DNA of 64,000 nt, taken from positions 12,793-76,792 of IMG/VR virus record IMGVR_UViG_3300002988_000032; one strand, written 5' to 3'. This stretch comes from a virus. The position numbers were made by a program, and so were the translations under genes. This document shows positions 53,875 to 63,554 of the stretch, piece by piece (position 1 is the stretch's first letter; the number at the start of each line of letters is the position of its first letter). Under the pieces are notes generated by a model, which ran no database searches, was not told the DNA's origin, and saw nothing but the letters and a program-made list of their open reading frames with translations.

Positions 53875-54666
53875 ATGACTGAGATCACCCCCACTCGCGC
53901 CTTCGCGGGCAAAGTCCACCCCATGCTGTTCAACGGCCCGATGGTCCGCGCCCTGTTGCGCGAGATCTCCGAGCCGGGAACTGGAAAGACGGTGACGAGG
54001 CGAGTTCTCGATGACCCGCCGGTCGCACATCCAACCCTTGGCCCGCCCTGGATGGCGACGCGCGGAATCACCTTCCGCGACGAGGCCGAGGCGCGGCGGT
54101 TGCTTCCAGAAATCGCGCGGTTCCGGCCCGGCGACCTGATCTACGTCCGGGAGACGTGGGCACCAGGATACTACCATGACCCCGATGCGATCGACGGTAT
54201 TCCCAAAGTGTCGGTTATTTACGACGCAGATAAGAGCGAGATCGAAGTCCCTTCGCCGAACTACTCACTCGCGGAAGAGTGGTATGACCGCTTCTCCGAC
54301 GACGGGCCTGACGATCCTATTCTGCGACCTTCCATCCACATGCCCCGTTGGGCATCCCGCATCACCATGCGCGTCACCGAAGTGACGGTCGAGCGGCTGC
54401 AAGACATCACCGAGGAAGACGCGATCAGGGAGGGCCTGAAAGTCTTCAACGAAGACGGAAACCTCTACTACTCGGGAACGTCATGCGACTGGTTCAGCGA
54501 GTCTGATCAATGGCACTGCGATCCGACAGAGGCCTTCGCGCGTCTTTGGGACTCCACCAAGCCGAAGCCCGGCTTCCGGTGGGAGGATAACCCCTGGGTG
54601 TCCGTGATCCGATTCCGACCCGAACTTGCCAATGTCGACCACTTGGGCGCGGAGGTGGAGGGATGA
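53875..54666 (+). CDS. ASCH-like phage protein
   Basis: PMLFNGPMVRALL...KTVTRR, PSIHMPRWASRIT, VERLQDI, NPWVSVI. Confidence 0.75.
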   Translation: MTEITPTRAFAGKVHPMLFNGPMVRALLREISEPGTGKTVTRRVLDDPPVAHPTLGPPWMATRGITFRDEAEARRLLPEIARFRPGDLIYVRETWAPGYYHDPDAIDGIPKVSVIYDADKSEIEVPSPNYSLAEEWYDRFSDDGPDDPILRPSIHMPRWASRITMRVTEVTVERLQDITEEDAIREGLKVFNEDGNLYYSGTSCDWFSESDQWHCDPTEAFARLWDSTKPKPGFRWEDNPWVSVIRFRPELANVDHLGAEVEG

Positions 54667-54890
54667 AACCCAACGACTGGCAAGCGGACGAGATCCGTCA
54701 AGCGCTTAAGGAGATGCGGGCGTCCAACGTCCTCATCTGGAACCGAATGGATATTCCGCCGCCGGGAACTCCCAATCGAAAGCGAGTGGTTGCGGCGTGG
54801 TTCGGTGTCACAGAAGCGATCAAGGCGTTGAGGCGAGAGTTTGAGGCGACGCTGACCACCGATGATGCGAGCGCGGAGCCGGAGAGATGA
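54663..54890 (+). CDS. Hypothetical protein, paralogue of 55790-55996
   Basis: DEIRQALKEM...WNRMDIPPP. Confidence 0.55.
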   Translation: MKPNDWQADEIRQALKEMRASNVLIWNRMDIPPPGTPNRKRVVAAWFGVTEAIKALRREFEATLTTDDASAEPER

Positions 54891-55237
54891 CCGAATATTA
54901 CATCGTCGATCTCCGTCCCGAATTCAGTGGACGCTACATCACATTTTGGAGGCCGGACAACGCCGGTTACGCATATCCCCTGCCGTGGGCGGGGCGATAT
55001 TCACAAGCGACCGTCGATGAAGCCGGGAGTTATTACCACGGGTCGAAGGACCATCGGACCCGCGTCGATCGCTTCCCGGTCCCGTGCGAGATCGTCGAGC
55101 GGTTCGGCGTCGCTCCCGCTCCCGGGGCGATCGATGGGGACGTCGGTCCGGTCGTACCAAGGACGGAGGAGATCCGCAAGGCGTTGAAGGCGGCGAAATA
55201 CAGGCCGGCGAGCCTCCGCGCGAAGGAGGCGGCATGA
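54887..55237 (+). CDS. Hypothetical phage protein (116 aa)
   Basis: ITFWRPDNAGYAYPLPWAGRY. Confidence 0.6.
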   Translation: MTEYYIVDLRPEFSGRYITFWRPDNAGYAYPLPWAGRYSQATVDEAGSYYHGSKDHRTRVDRFPVPCEIVERFGVAPAPGAIDGDVGPVVPRTEEIRKALKAAKYRPASLRAKEAA

Positions 55238-55443
55238 AGATCAACTTGATCGGAATGATTATCGCCCACGCCGGGAGGGAGCCGTTCGAAGGAATCGTCA
55301 TCGACGATGACGGAAATGAACTCGACGCCGCGCATGTCCTCGACACGCTGATCTTGGAATACGCCAAGGTCCGAAACGGCGGATCTTCCGATCTTGTCGT
55401 CGTCCCCGCGTCTCTATCAGCCGGCGTCAAGGAGGCGGCATGA
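55234..55443 (+). CDS. Hypothetical protein (69 aa)
   Basis: AAGGAGG RBS; ATGA overlaps. Confidence 0.5.
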   Translation: MKINLIGMIIAHAGREPFEGIVIDDDGNELDAAHVLDTLILEYAKVRNGGSSDLVVVPASLSAGVKEAA

Positions 55444-55793
55444 AGCCACGCCCCTGCATTCCAGGCTGCACCGCCTGTTGCGGAGTCATCCCGTGGTCGA
55501 TCGACGAATGGAAAGCGGTCGAGAACCATCCCGGCCTCTTCGGCGTCGAGACGATCGCGTTGATACCCGGCAAGAGCGTCATCCCCGCGAGAGACGGAAA
55601 GCCGCTGACGAAATGTCCGTTCGCCACATCCGCCGGATGCTCGGTCCACGACAAGCGCCCCGCGATCTGCCGCCTGTACGGCAACGTCGACAGGATGCGG
55701 TGCCCAAAGGACGGCGGATACAGACCGGAACGAATGATGAGCGACCGCGAGGCGCGGGAAGCCCTCGGGATTACCGGAAGGGAGTTGGCATGA
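55440..55793 (+). CDS. YkgJ-like CxxCxxCC metal-cluster protein
   Basis: CIPGCTACCG...CPF...CSVHDKRPAICRLYG. Confidence 0.75.
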   Translation: MKPRPCIPGCTACCGVIPWSIDEWKAVENHPGLFGVETIALIPGKSVIPARDGKPLTKCPFATSAGCSVHDKRPAICRLYGNVDRMRCPKDGGYRPERMMSDREAREALGITGRELA

Positions 55794-55996
55794 CCGCCGA
55801 TGAGGCCGACAAATCCGTCCGAAAGGACGAGATCGACCAAGCCATAGCCGAGATGAAACTCAATCTCGTCAAGGTGTGGAACCGCCTCGACATGCCACCA
55901 CCGTGCACGAACGAACGCCGCCTTCTCGTCGACGCGCTGTTCAGGGTACGCGACGCGATCGAGCACCTGGACCGGGAGCGGGAGGCTTCAGCATGA
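55790..55996 (+). CDS. Hypothetical protein, paralogue of 54663-54890
   Basis: DEIDQAIAEM...WNRLDMPPP. Confidence 0.55.
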   Translation: MTADEADKSVRKDEIDQAIAEMKLNLVKVWNRLDMPPPCTNERRLLVDALFRVRDAIEHLDREREASA

Positions 55997-56355
55997 CCAC
56001 GTGGACGATCGGTATGCGCGTCGCGGTGTCGGCCGGCGTGCATCTGCCCCCGACGATTCTCACCATCTCCGCGATTTCGGCGGGTGGGAAGATCATCACC
56101 ACCGACGACGGGAGGAAGTGGAATCCCGGCGGATATCTTCGCGGGCAGTCGCGGGACAGGTGGACCCGGACCCGTATTGTTCCGGCGACGCCGGATCTCG
56201 AGGAGGAGGCGGAACGGGCCGCGTTCGTATCTCGCCTATCGCGGGTGAAATGGTCCGCGCTCCCGCTCGACGACCTTCGAAAAATAGCCGGGGTACTTGA
56301 TGGGCGAAGGGGAAATCATGACGACGACCCCACGCCGACCGCCCAGCGCGGGTAA
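55993..56355 (+). CDS. Hypothetical protein (120 aa)
   Basis: GGAGG RBS; last gene before the origin. Confidence 0.5.
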   Translation: MTTWTIGMRVAVSAGVHLPPTILTISAISAGGKIITTDDGRKWNPGGYLRGQSRDRWTRTRIVPATPDLEEEAERAAFVSRLSRVKWSALPLDDLRKIAGVLDGRRGNHDDDPTPTAQRG

Positions 56356-56409
56356 GCCCACCCTCTCCAAACGGGGCGCATCGCGAAGATGTCTCGCACC
56401 GTCGGGGGC

Positions 56410-56788
56410 GCAGGGAAATGCCAAATTGGATCACGAGCGAAGTGCAGGGAAATGCCAAACTCCCGCCAAACACGGCGGAAAAGCGCGGGTCGGCGGGGGG
56501 GGGATTGGAGCGTTCAACCGTCCGCGGGATCGAAAGAAGCGCCATCGCGTGGGGCGCGGCGTCCGGGGCGGCTTGGCATTTCCCTGCACCCACGTTTCGC
56601 GTCGATTCGGCTTGGCATTTCCCTGCACTCCCGCGGAGATTTCAGTTATCCACAGCGTCGCGTTTGGCATTTCCCCGCGGATTTTTGGCATCTCCCTGCG
56701 CGACTCGGCTTATCCACCGGCATTTCCCTGCACATACAAGTAGTTAATACAATACGTTCTCAAATAGCTTGCGCAGGGAAATGCCAAA
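56410..56788. repeat. Plasmid-type replication origin: eight iterons, DnaA boxes, AT-rich tract
   Basis: GCAGGGAAATGCCAAA at 56410, 56444, 56773 (+) and 56573, 56612, 56663, 56684, 56719 (-); TTATCCACA at 56646, TTATCCACC at 56710; AT-rich 56734-56766. Confidence 0.85.
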
Positions 56789-56826
56789 TTGCCGCGTGAG
56801 GGCTTTTACCTTATCGTTACCAAGCG

Positions 56827-57780
56827 TTGTCGATGGGGATACAAATGGCTGAAATTCATTCCTTGGTGCGCCGCGTCGGACGCGACGAAGCGAAACGAAT
56901 TGTTCCCGCCGAACAAGCGGCGCTCGTCGATATCGCATCCCGCATCATGTCCGAGCAAGAACACGACGCGATCCAGTTTTCATACTCCGGCTTCTGCTTA
57001 ACGGCGCTCCCACATCGAGACATCACATCGCCGTACTGGGAAAAAGACAGCGGCCTCGTCAGACTGATCGTGGAACCCGGCGCCCTCCCGGTAAACGGAA
57101 AAATGAAGCCGTTCGGCATTCCCTTCGGCGCTCGCGCCCGACTGATTCTTCTCTATCTGCAAACACGCGCGCTGCAAACCGGGTGCCCGGACGTCGAAAT
57201 CGGAGCCAACATGAACGAATGGCTCGCTCGACTGAACATCTCCTGTGGAGGGTCGTCCTACAAAGGCGTGCGCGAACAAGCGCATCGATTGTCGGCATGC
57301 CGAATGACCTTCACCTGGAAGCAAGACGGTGGAGAACGCTTCGAGCGAGCGAACATCGTCGACGGTGGATTTGTATTCGCCGATGAGGCCGATTCTCGAC
57401 AGAATTCTCTGTGGCTGGATACGGTTCGGCTGTCGCCGGTCTTTTTCAGGGAACTGCAAACCCACCCCGTGCCGATTTGGGAGCCGGCAATTCGGGAGCT
57501 TTCCAACAACTCCATGGGGTTGGATATTTACACTTGGTTGTCTTATCGACTTCGCAGTTTGGGGAGGCCGACGACGATCGGCTGGACCACATTACAGGCG
57601 CAGTTTGGATCATCCTATAACGCGACGCGGAGCTTTCGCACCGATTTTCGCCGATCGATGGCGCTCGCGTTGACAGTCTACCCCGACGCCAGGGTCACGG
57701 ACGAGGGGCTGGACGGCATCATGCTTTACCCATCCCCGTCACCAGTCCCCGAAAAGGCGCCGGTGCGCGCGGCGGTTTGA
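56827..57780 (+). CDS. repA: Plasmid-type replication initiator RepA
   Basis: FCLTALPH, GIPFGARARLILLYLQT, LDIYTWLSYRL, LQAQFGSSY, ALTVYPDA; adjacent iterons. Confidence 0.85.
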   Translation: MSMGIQMAEIHSLVRRVGRDEAKRIVPAEQAALVDIASRIMSEQEHDAIQFSYSGFCLTALPHRDITSPYWEKDSGLVRLIVEPGALPVNGKMKPFGIPFGARARLILLYLQTRALQTGCPDVEIGANMNEWLARLNISCGGSSYKGVREQAHRLSACRMTFTWKQDGGERFERANIVDGGFVFADEADSRQNSLWLDTVRLSPVFFRELQTHPVPIWEPAIRELSNNSMGLDIYTWLSYRLRSLGRPTTIGWTTLQAQFGSSYNATRSFRTDFRRSMALALTVYPDARVTDEGLDGIMLYPSPSPVPEKAPVRAAV

Positions 57781-57942
57781 TCACATCGGGGCGACCGTCG
57801 CCCCGTCCATGAGGCGTGCTCTCGCCGAGCCGACCTGATTGGCGATGGTTGCGGGATTTGTTGCGACATGCCCCTATTTCCATGGAAAAGTTGCCGCAAC
57901 CGGTTTATCCTCCGCTCGTGAACAACATTGGGGCGGACGGGC

Positions 57943-58914
57943 ATGAACGGTATGGATCTGCGCGCCATTCGCGGAGAACGGACGCAAGACAAACTCGCGG
58001 CGTGGCTGAACGACCAACTTGATCGCCATTACACCCGCGCGCAAATCAGCCGCTGGGAAACAGGGGCCGAACAAATACCCCCGCGGGTCGTCGATCTTCT
58101 CGACCGCGATACGCGACCGATCGCGCGGCGTACCGTCGTCGCGGTCGCCAATCAAAAGGGCGGCGTGGGAAAAACCACCATCGCTGTGAATCTCGCGGCG
58201 AAACTGGCCAATCGAGGATACAAGGTTCTCGTCGTCGACGCGGACCCGCAAGCGAACGCGACCATCCACATGGGGGTGAACCCGGTCGACGCGCAGAAAC
58301 GCGGGGCGACCCTCTACGAGGCGATGCGCGAGGAACGACGACTGTCGGATATCATCACTCCCGTGTTCGACGGCCGCGTCTCACTCGTTCCATCCGGAAA
58401 CAGACTCTCGCGAATCGACGCGGAACTCGCGGGGGACGGGTTCGCGGCCTTCGTTCTCAAACGATCGCTCGACGCGTTCGACGGTCAGATCGATTTCGTG
58501 ATCATCGATTGCTCCCCCGCCCTTTCCCTGTTGACCGTCAACGCGTTGACGGCGGCCGACTTGGTGTTGATCCCGGTGCAAACCGAGCCGTTCGCGGTGA
58601 CGGGCGTGCCCTTGCTGTTGGAGACCATTTCGAACGTTCGCCGTCGCGGGAATCCGAACTTGGGACTTCTCGGCATTGTCCCGACCCTGTTCGACTCTCG
58701 AAACTCTCAGGATCGCGAGACGTTGGACGACATCAAAGCGCAATACGGCGCGGCGACGCGGGTCTTTTCCCCCATCAAACGCGCCACGGATTACGCGAAG
58801 GCGATTCGGGCGGCGCTTCCGCTTGTCGATTTCGACGATCGCGCCGAGATAACCGGAGTCTTCGATGATTTGGCGACCGCCCTGACCGAGCGGCGAACCG
58901 GAGGGCAAGCGTGA
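57943..58914 (+). CDS. parA: ParA ATPase with N-terminal HTH
   Basis: [30 protein letters not shown]. Confidence 0.92.
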   Translation: MNGMDLRAIRGERTQDKLAAWLNDQLDRHYTRAQISRWETGAEQIPPRVVDLLDRDTRPIARRTVVAVANQKGGVGKTTIAVNLAAKLANRGYKVLVVDADPQANATIHMGVNPVDAQKRGATLYEAMREERRLSDIITPVFDGRVSLVPSGNRLSRIDAELAGDGFAAFVLKRSLDAFDGQIDFVIIDCSPALSLLTVNALTAADLVLIPVQTEPFAVTGVPLLLETISNVRRRGNPNLGLLGIVPTLFDSRNSQDRETLDDIKAQYGAATRVFSPIKRATDYAKAIRAALPLVDFDDRAEITGVFDDLATALTERRTGGQA

Positions 58915-59774
58915 TGGCGCGATCGAAGTTCCCCGGCGGCAACACCGCCTTGACCGCCGCCGGTCAAAGACCGTCCGGCGCCGCCGGCGATGTCTTGTTC
59001 GGGACGAGCGCGGACTTTCCCCGTTTGATTGAGGTCGATGTCGACCATATCGAACCAAACCCCAATCAGCCCCGGCGGAACTTCAACGACGCCGAGTTGG
59101 AGGCTCTGGCGCGATCGATCGAGCGATATGGTTTGAAGCAGCCGATTCTGGTTCGAGAAATCGAAGGGAGGTCGGGGGCCTATCTTTTGGTCGCGGGAGA
59201 ACGACGGTGGCGCGCGCACCGGCTCCTTGGCCGCGCGACGATCTTCGCGGTGATCACGACCGGGAACGTCGATGAACTGTCTCTCGTCGAGAACATGCAG
59301 CGCGCCGACTTGAATGTGGTTGAACAAGCGCGCGGCATGGTCGGGTTGATCGAGGTTCACGGCTATACGCAGGAGGAGGTCGGGAAAATCGTCGGGCTTA
59401 GTCGCGCCGACGTCGCCGGAACCTTATCCGTCTCGCGGTTGCCGGACGACATCATCAGGGAATACGAGGCGAACCCGAAGATCGTCACGAGGTCCGCGTT
59501 GATAGCGGTGGCGGCCGCCCCGGAGAGCGCGCGAGCGGAATTATGGAGGCGGGCGGCGGCGGGGGCGACGGTCGCCGAACTGCGCGACATCAAGCGCGAC
59601 GCGAAGGCCCCCATCGACGCCGGAGGACGCGAACTCAGAACCCTCGGGCAGGGGTTGATACAAATCGGCAAGGGCATCGAGAGAGTGGTCGTGGTGAAGG
59701 AGCATATCACCCCCGAACACCGAGAAGCCCTCATCACCCTTCGCCGACGAATTTCCGCGCTGCTTGGGGACTAG
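58911..59774 (+). CDS. parB: ParB partition protein
   Basis: [38 protein letters not shown]. Confidence 0.92.
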   Translation: MMARSKFPGGNTALTAAGQRPSGAAGDVLFGTSADFPRLIEVDVDHIEPNPNQPRRNFNDAELEALARSIERYGLKQPILVREIEGRSGAYLLVAGERRWRAHRLLGRATIFAVITTGNVDELSLVENMQRADLNVVEQARGMVGLIEVHGYTQEEVGKIVGLSRADVAGTLSVSRLPDDIIREYEANPKIVTRSALIAVAAAPESARAELWRRAAAGATVAELRDIKRDAKAPIDAGGRELRTLGQGLIQIGKGIERVVVVKEHITPEHREALITLRRRISALLGD

Positions 59775-59787
59775 GTCGACGCTCGGC

Positions 59788-59862
59788 GTCGGACGTCCGA
59801 CACAACCAAACGAGGTGTTGTATCGTGAGTACAAATCGCCGCGTTGTGTCGGACGTCCGACA
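59788..59862. promoter_or_regulatory. Candidate parS: two GTCGGACGTCCGAC palindromes
   Basis: Perfect 14-bp palindrome at 59788-59801 and 16-bp version at 59847-59862, right after parB. Confidence 0.6.
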
Positions 59863-59899
59863 GATCAAGCCCCTCCCCTCCCCTCGTCGAAGCCGACCG

Positions 59900-60382
59900 A
59901 TGTGGCTCATACTCTCAAGCGTCGCGGCGCTCGTCACGGTCTGCGTCCCCGTTCCCATCGGGTTGGATGGGAAAGCCGCCCGCGCGATCGACGGCGACAC
60001 CCTGTCTTTCGTAGATCGCGACGAACCCCATGTTCGGTTGAGCGGAATCGACGCGCCGGAAGCGCGCCAATCCTGCCGCGACGCGCGGGGTGGGAATTGG
60101 GCGTGCGGGGTGGACGCGACGGTCCATCTCGCCCGGTTGATCGAGGGGCGGGGCGTGCTGTGCGACGAGGTCGATCGGGACCGATACGGGCGCGTCGTCG
60201 CCGTTTGCCGGGCGGAGGGGGTCGATCTCGGGCGACGGATGGTCCAAGACGGATGGGCCGTCGCCTACACCCGGTACGACGCGCGATACGCCGCCGATCA
60301 AAACCGCGCCCAGCGTGACAGGGCGGGGATGTGGGCGGGATCGTTCGAGAACCCCGAGACGTGGCGACACCGGAAGAAGTGA
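59900..60382 (+). CDS. Thermonuclease (SNase) family protein with N-terminal signal
   Basis: IDGDTL, VRLSGIDAPE, DRDRYGRVVA, MVQDGWA. Confidence 0.9.
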   Translation: MWLILSSVAALVTVCVPVPIGLDGKAARAIDGDTLSFVDRDEPHVRLSGIDAPEARQSCRDARGGNWACGVDATVHLARLIEGRGVLCDEVDRDRYGRVVAVCRAEGVDLGRRMVQDGWAVAYTRYDARYAADQNRAQRDRAGMWAGSFENPETWRHRKK

Positions 60383-60516
60383 ACGCCCGACGCTCGCTCC
60401 CCGCCGGCGGATCGCGCGTGGACGCTTGGCAAGGTCCGATGGTTCCGCCATTTTGGGAGAGGAAAACTGGGTCCGCCCATCAAGGCGAGACGAGTGTCCG
60501 CCGAAGAGGAGACGAC

Positions 60517-60702
60517 ATGGCGACCGAAGATCAGGCATCCGCCGTCGCGGCTGTGTGGAACGCGGTAGGATTTCTCAATCGAGCGGTGTCGGACGCGACC
60601 GACGTCGGCGTCCACGTTGAGATTCATTTGAATACGCTTCACAATGTCGGTATACCGTTCACGGAGTCGTTTGTTACCGTGACGTTCGAGATTCCCGTCT
60701 GA
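60517..60702 (+). CDS. Hypothetical protein (61 aa)
   Basis: GAGGAGA RBS. Confidence 0.5.
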   Translation: MATEDQASAVAAVWNAVGFLNRAVSDATDVGVHVEIHLNTLHNVGIPFTESFVTVTFEIPV

Positions 60703-60883
60703 CCGGACCGACGGCAACGAGTTCGGCGCGGCGGCCCGGAAGGACGGGCGACGCTGTGGGGGAGCGGATAGGCTCTTGGGGGCCGAACGAAGCGCCCCGG
60801 CCGGTATCGAGCCGGCACGCGCCGATCATGTACCGGTCCGTTCCACACGACGGGGAATCTGGATTCTCATCTCTGGCCAAATC

Positions 60884-61384
60884 ATGACCGATACCATCGA
60901 GCGCGCCGCCGACTTCGCGACCCGCGCGCACACCGGACAAGTCCGCAAATACACCGGCGATCCCTACATCGTCCATCCGCGGGCCGTCGCCGAGCGGGTC
61001 GCGGGTGCCGGGGGCGACCCGGCGATGATCGCGGCGGCTTGGCTTCACGACACGGTGGAGGACACCGGCACCACGCTCGACGACATCCGGCGTGAGTTCG
61101 GCGACGACATCGCCGAGTTGCTCGACGCGTTGACCGACAAGACGACACTCGCCGACGGCAACCGGGCGACGCGCAAGGCGATGGAGCGAGAGCGCCTGTC
61201 CGGCGTCTCCGATCGAGCGAAGACGATCAAACTCGCGGACTTGATCGACAACGCGGAGAGCATCATCGCGCATGATCCTGGATTCGCGCGGGTGTTTGTC
61301 GCGGAAGCGCGCGCGTTGCTGGCGGTTCTTCGTGGCGGAGACGCCGGGCTTTGGAATGAGCTGTCAAAGGTCGTGAACCTGTAA
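60884..61384 (+). CDS. Stand-alone HD hydrolase, RelA/SpoT-hydrolase (Mesh1-like) family
   Basis: AHTGQVRK, PYIVHP, WLHDTVED, IKLADLIDN. Confidence 0.85.
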   Translation: MTDTIERAADFATRAHTGQVRKYTGDPYIVHPRAVAERVAGAGGDPAMIAAAWLHDTVEDTGTTLDDIRREFGDDIAELLDALTDKTTLADGNRATRKAMERERLSGVSDRAKTIKLADLIDNAESIIAHDPGFARVFVAEARALLAVLRGGDAGLWNELSKVVNL

Positions 61385-61509
61385 GGATCACTTACAGGTT
61401 GCCCAAAAACGAAAAGGCCTCGGTTCCCCGAAGCCCCTCGCCCGCCGACCACGCCGACGCCCGGCCCCTCTCGGCCACACCGGCATTCTCGCCCTTGTCG
61501 CGGAGAGGG

Positions 61510-61794
61510 TCAAGGGGTCGCCCACGCATTCCACGCCCGCAGTCGCGTTTCCCGCGCCTCCGCCCAATACACGAAATCCGCCACGCCGGACTTGTCGAGC
61601 GCGACGACGGCGTTCGGATCGGACGGGGCGATAAAACGGAATCCCGGCGCCGGGAGGGGCGAGGTCAGTTCCACCGGTGGAACGGCCCGCATGACGACCG
61701 GCATGTCCACCTCTTGGATGTCCAAAACCTTCTCGATCGGCGTTCCGCACCCGGCCAAGCCGAGCGCGAGCGCGATGACGGACCACCTCACCAT
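61510..61794 (-). CDS. Probable o-spanin (Rz1-like lipoprotein)
   Basis: Lipobox LAGC after a hydrophobic signal; Pro-rich; overlaps the i-spanin end. Confidence 0.65.
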   Translation of the reverse strand: MVRWSVIALALGLAGCGTPIEKVLDIQEVDMPVVMRAVPPVELTSPLPAPGFRFIAPSDPNAVVALDKSGVADFVYWAEARETRLRAWNAWATP

Positions 61795-62144
61795 TCCTTG
61801 ACCCTCTCGTTCAATTGATCGACGGTGGCCGGCGGCGGACCGGAGCGTTTCGGCTTGGCGAGGGCGGCGCGGGCGCGATCGGCGGCGGAGGACTCGTCCA
61901 TCTTCGCTTGGAACTGCATTTTCCCAATGGCCGCATTCTGCCTCGCCAGCGCCGCCTCAAGCGTCTTCACATCCCCCAGGGCCTTCTCCTTGTCCGCCCT
62001 CGCCGTTTCGGCGGCGGCGCGGAGATCCGCCTTACCCCACTCCTCCCACCCGTAGCCGAGGCCGAGGGCGAGGAGGAGGACGGCGGACACAAGCCGCGGG
62101 GCCGCGGCGGATGCGGCCTTCTCGACGATCCACGTCCACATCAT
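61788..62144 (-). CDS. Probable i-spanin (Rz-like)
   Basis: N-terminal TM plus Ala-rich coiled coil. Confidence 0.6.
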   Translation of the reverse strand: MMWTWIVEKAASAAAPRLVSAVLLLALGLGYGWEEWGKADLRAAAETARADKEKALGDVKTLEAALARQNAAIGKMQFQAKMDESSAADRARAALAKPKRSGPPPATVDQLNERVKEW

Positions 62145-62359
62145 CCCCTCCCCCGCTTCTCCGGCCACAAGAACATCGCCGCCGCGATGATGGGCGGAGC
62201 GATGGTCAACACCGAGTCCAGCCATTCCGCGTCGATCTCGACGAACGGCTTCAACGCCGTGACGACGACGGGGACGACGGCGGCGCGCGTGCTCGTCTCT
62301 CCCAAACGGGCGCGGAGATAGGCGAGCGCCGCGCGGACCCTCGATCGCGAGACGGTCAT
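62141..62359 (-). CDS. Small holin-like membrane protein (72 aa)
   Basis: ARLGETSTRAA, two hydrophobic segments, basic tail; precedes the spanins. Confidence 0.5.
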   Translation of the reverse strand: MTVSRSRVRAALAYLRARLGETSTRAAVVPVVVTALKPFVEIDAEWLDSVLTIAPPIIAAAMFLWPEKRGRG

Positions 62360-62382
62360 TGATCGGCCCTCCTTCCGGGCAC

Positions 62383-62414
62383 AAAAAAGCCGCCGCGTCG
62401 GGTGACGGGCGGGC
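62383..62414 (-). terminator. Intrinsic terminator
   Basis: GC-rich stem ending GGCGGC followed by T6 on the minus strand, similar to 2609-2638. Confidence 0.5.
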
Positions 62415-62466
62415 GGGAAGTCGATTTTTAGACACCGCGTTCGTGGTCTGGAAAATCGACTTTTGG

Positions 62467-62658
62467 TCAGTTCGCGTAGTCGACCGGGTGATCCATTTTC
62501 CACTTCGTCACCTGATGCGCCGCGAGACATACCGGGGCGACCACTGCGACCATGCCGACGACGAACGCCGGCGCTTCGCCCAGCCGACAGGCGAACGCGA
62601 GCGCGGCCCCGGACGCGAGGTCCAGGACGGCGAGAAGGGCTATGCGGCGCATCGGCAT
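62467..62658 (-). CDS. Small membrane protein (63 aa)
   Basis: Two hydrophobic segments. Confidence 0.4.
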   Translation of the reverse strand: MPMRRIALLAVLDLASGAALAFACRLGEAPAFVVGMVAVVAPVCLAAHQVTKWKMDHPVDYAN

Positions 62659-63554
62659 GGGGATATCTCCCGCACCACACCGTCGAGCGCGCGACGCAGA
62701 TAATCAAGCGCGCCGTCGTTGACTATCACGCGATCGGGAACGATCTCCGCCATTTCCGTTTCGGACTTGTGATTCGCGACCGCGAGTCCGGCCCTCTCGA
62801 TACGAACGATCAGCCCGCCGAGCGCGCGAACGGCACCGGCTTCATTCACAAAGCGGCAGTCGTCGACGACGACCACCCCGCCGCGCGCCGATACCCGTCT
62901 TGTCCACGCGGAAACCCACAGGTCGGGGTGAATCATCTCCCGGCCCCACTCGGTTCCGATGGTTCGCATCGCGTGGCGCGGCGTGGCGCCGAGAAGCAGA
63001 TCGCACGGATTTTCCTTGGCGTCGCCCTCGATTTCCCGCTCCGTCAGGCCCAAGGCCCGCATCATGTCCTTCAGCGGGCCGGCGAATTTCTCGACACGGG
63101 CGTCGTATCTGTCCACAAGGTGAGCGGCGGCGACGCTTTTGCCCGAGCCGGCCAACCCCACCAGCGCGATGATGATCGTCGGGATCGCGGCGCGATCAAT
63201 CAGCGCCGCCGGCACCTCACCGGGCGTCATGTGGACGATCGGCTTCCCGGCGGCGCGGAACGCCTCGATCTCGCACGCCATGCCGTAGCTTTCGCGCCAA
63301 CCGTCAGCCTCAAGCACGATCAGGCCGGACGCGGCGTCCATCATCGGCTTGTCGGCGGGAAGCCAAACGGAATGATCGAGCGGATCCATGTCGCCCGCGA
63401 CGGCGACGGGGTGGGAATGGGCGATCGGCGAATAGACGGGGACGTCGGCCTTGATCAGCCGCGCCGTCTCCTCGCACGCCAGTCGAAAGGCGGCATCCAA
63501 TCCGCCGGGGTATTTTGAATACGGGGTTGCGAGATACCAGAATGAGTTGGTCAT
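62640..63554 (-). CDS. Fusion of DUF1937 (nucleoside deoxyribosyltransferase-like) and dNMP kinase, 304 aa
   Basis: YLATPYS...VYSPIAHSH...GWRESYG; then LVGLAGSGKS, KFAGPLK, TPRHAMRTIGTEWGR, DDCRFVNE, HKSE. Confidence 0.8.
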   Translation of the reverse strand: MTNSFWYLATPYSKYPGGLDAAFRLACEETARLIKADVPVYSPIAHSHPVAVAGDMDPLDHSVWLPADKPMMDAASGLIVLEADGWRESYGMACEIEAFRAAGKPIVHMTPGEVPAALIDRAAIPTIIIALVGLAGSGKSVAAAHLVDRYDARVEKFAGPLKDMMRALGLTEREIEGDAKENPCDLLLGATPRHAMRTIGTEWGREMIHPDLWVSAWTRRVSARGGVVVVDDCRFVNEAGAVRALGGLIVRIERAGLAVANHKSETEMAEIVPDRVIVNDGALDYLRRALDGVVREISPCRCAA

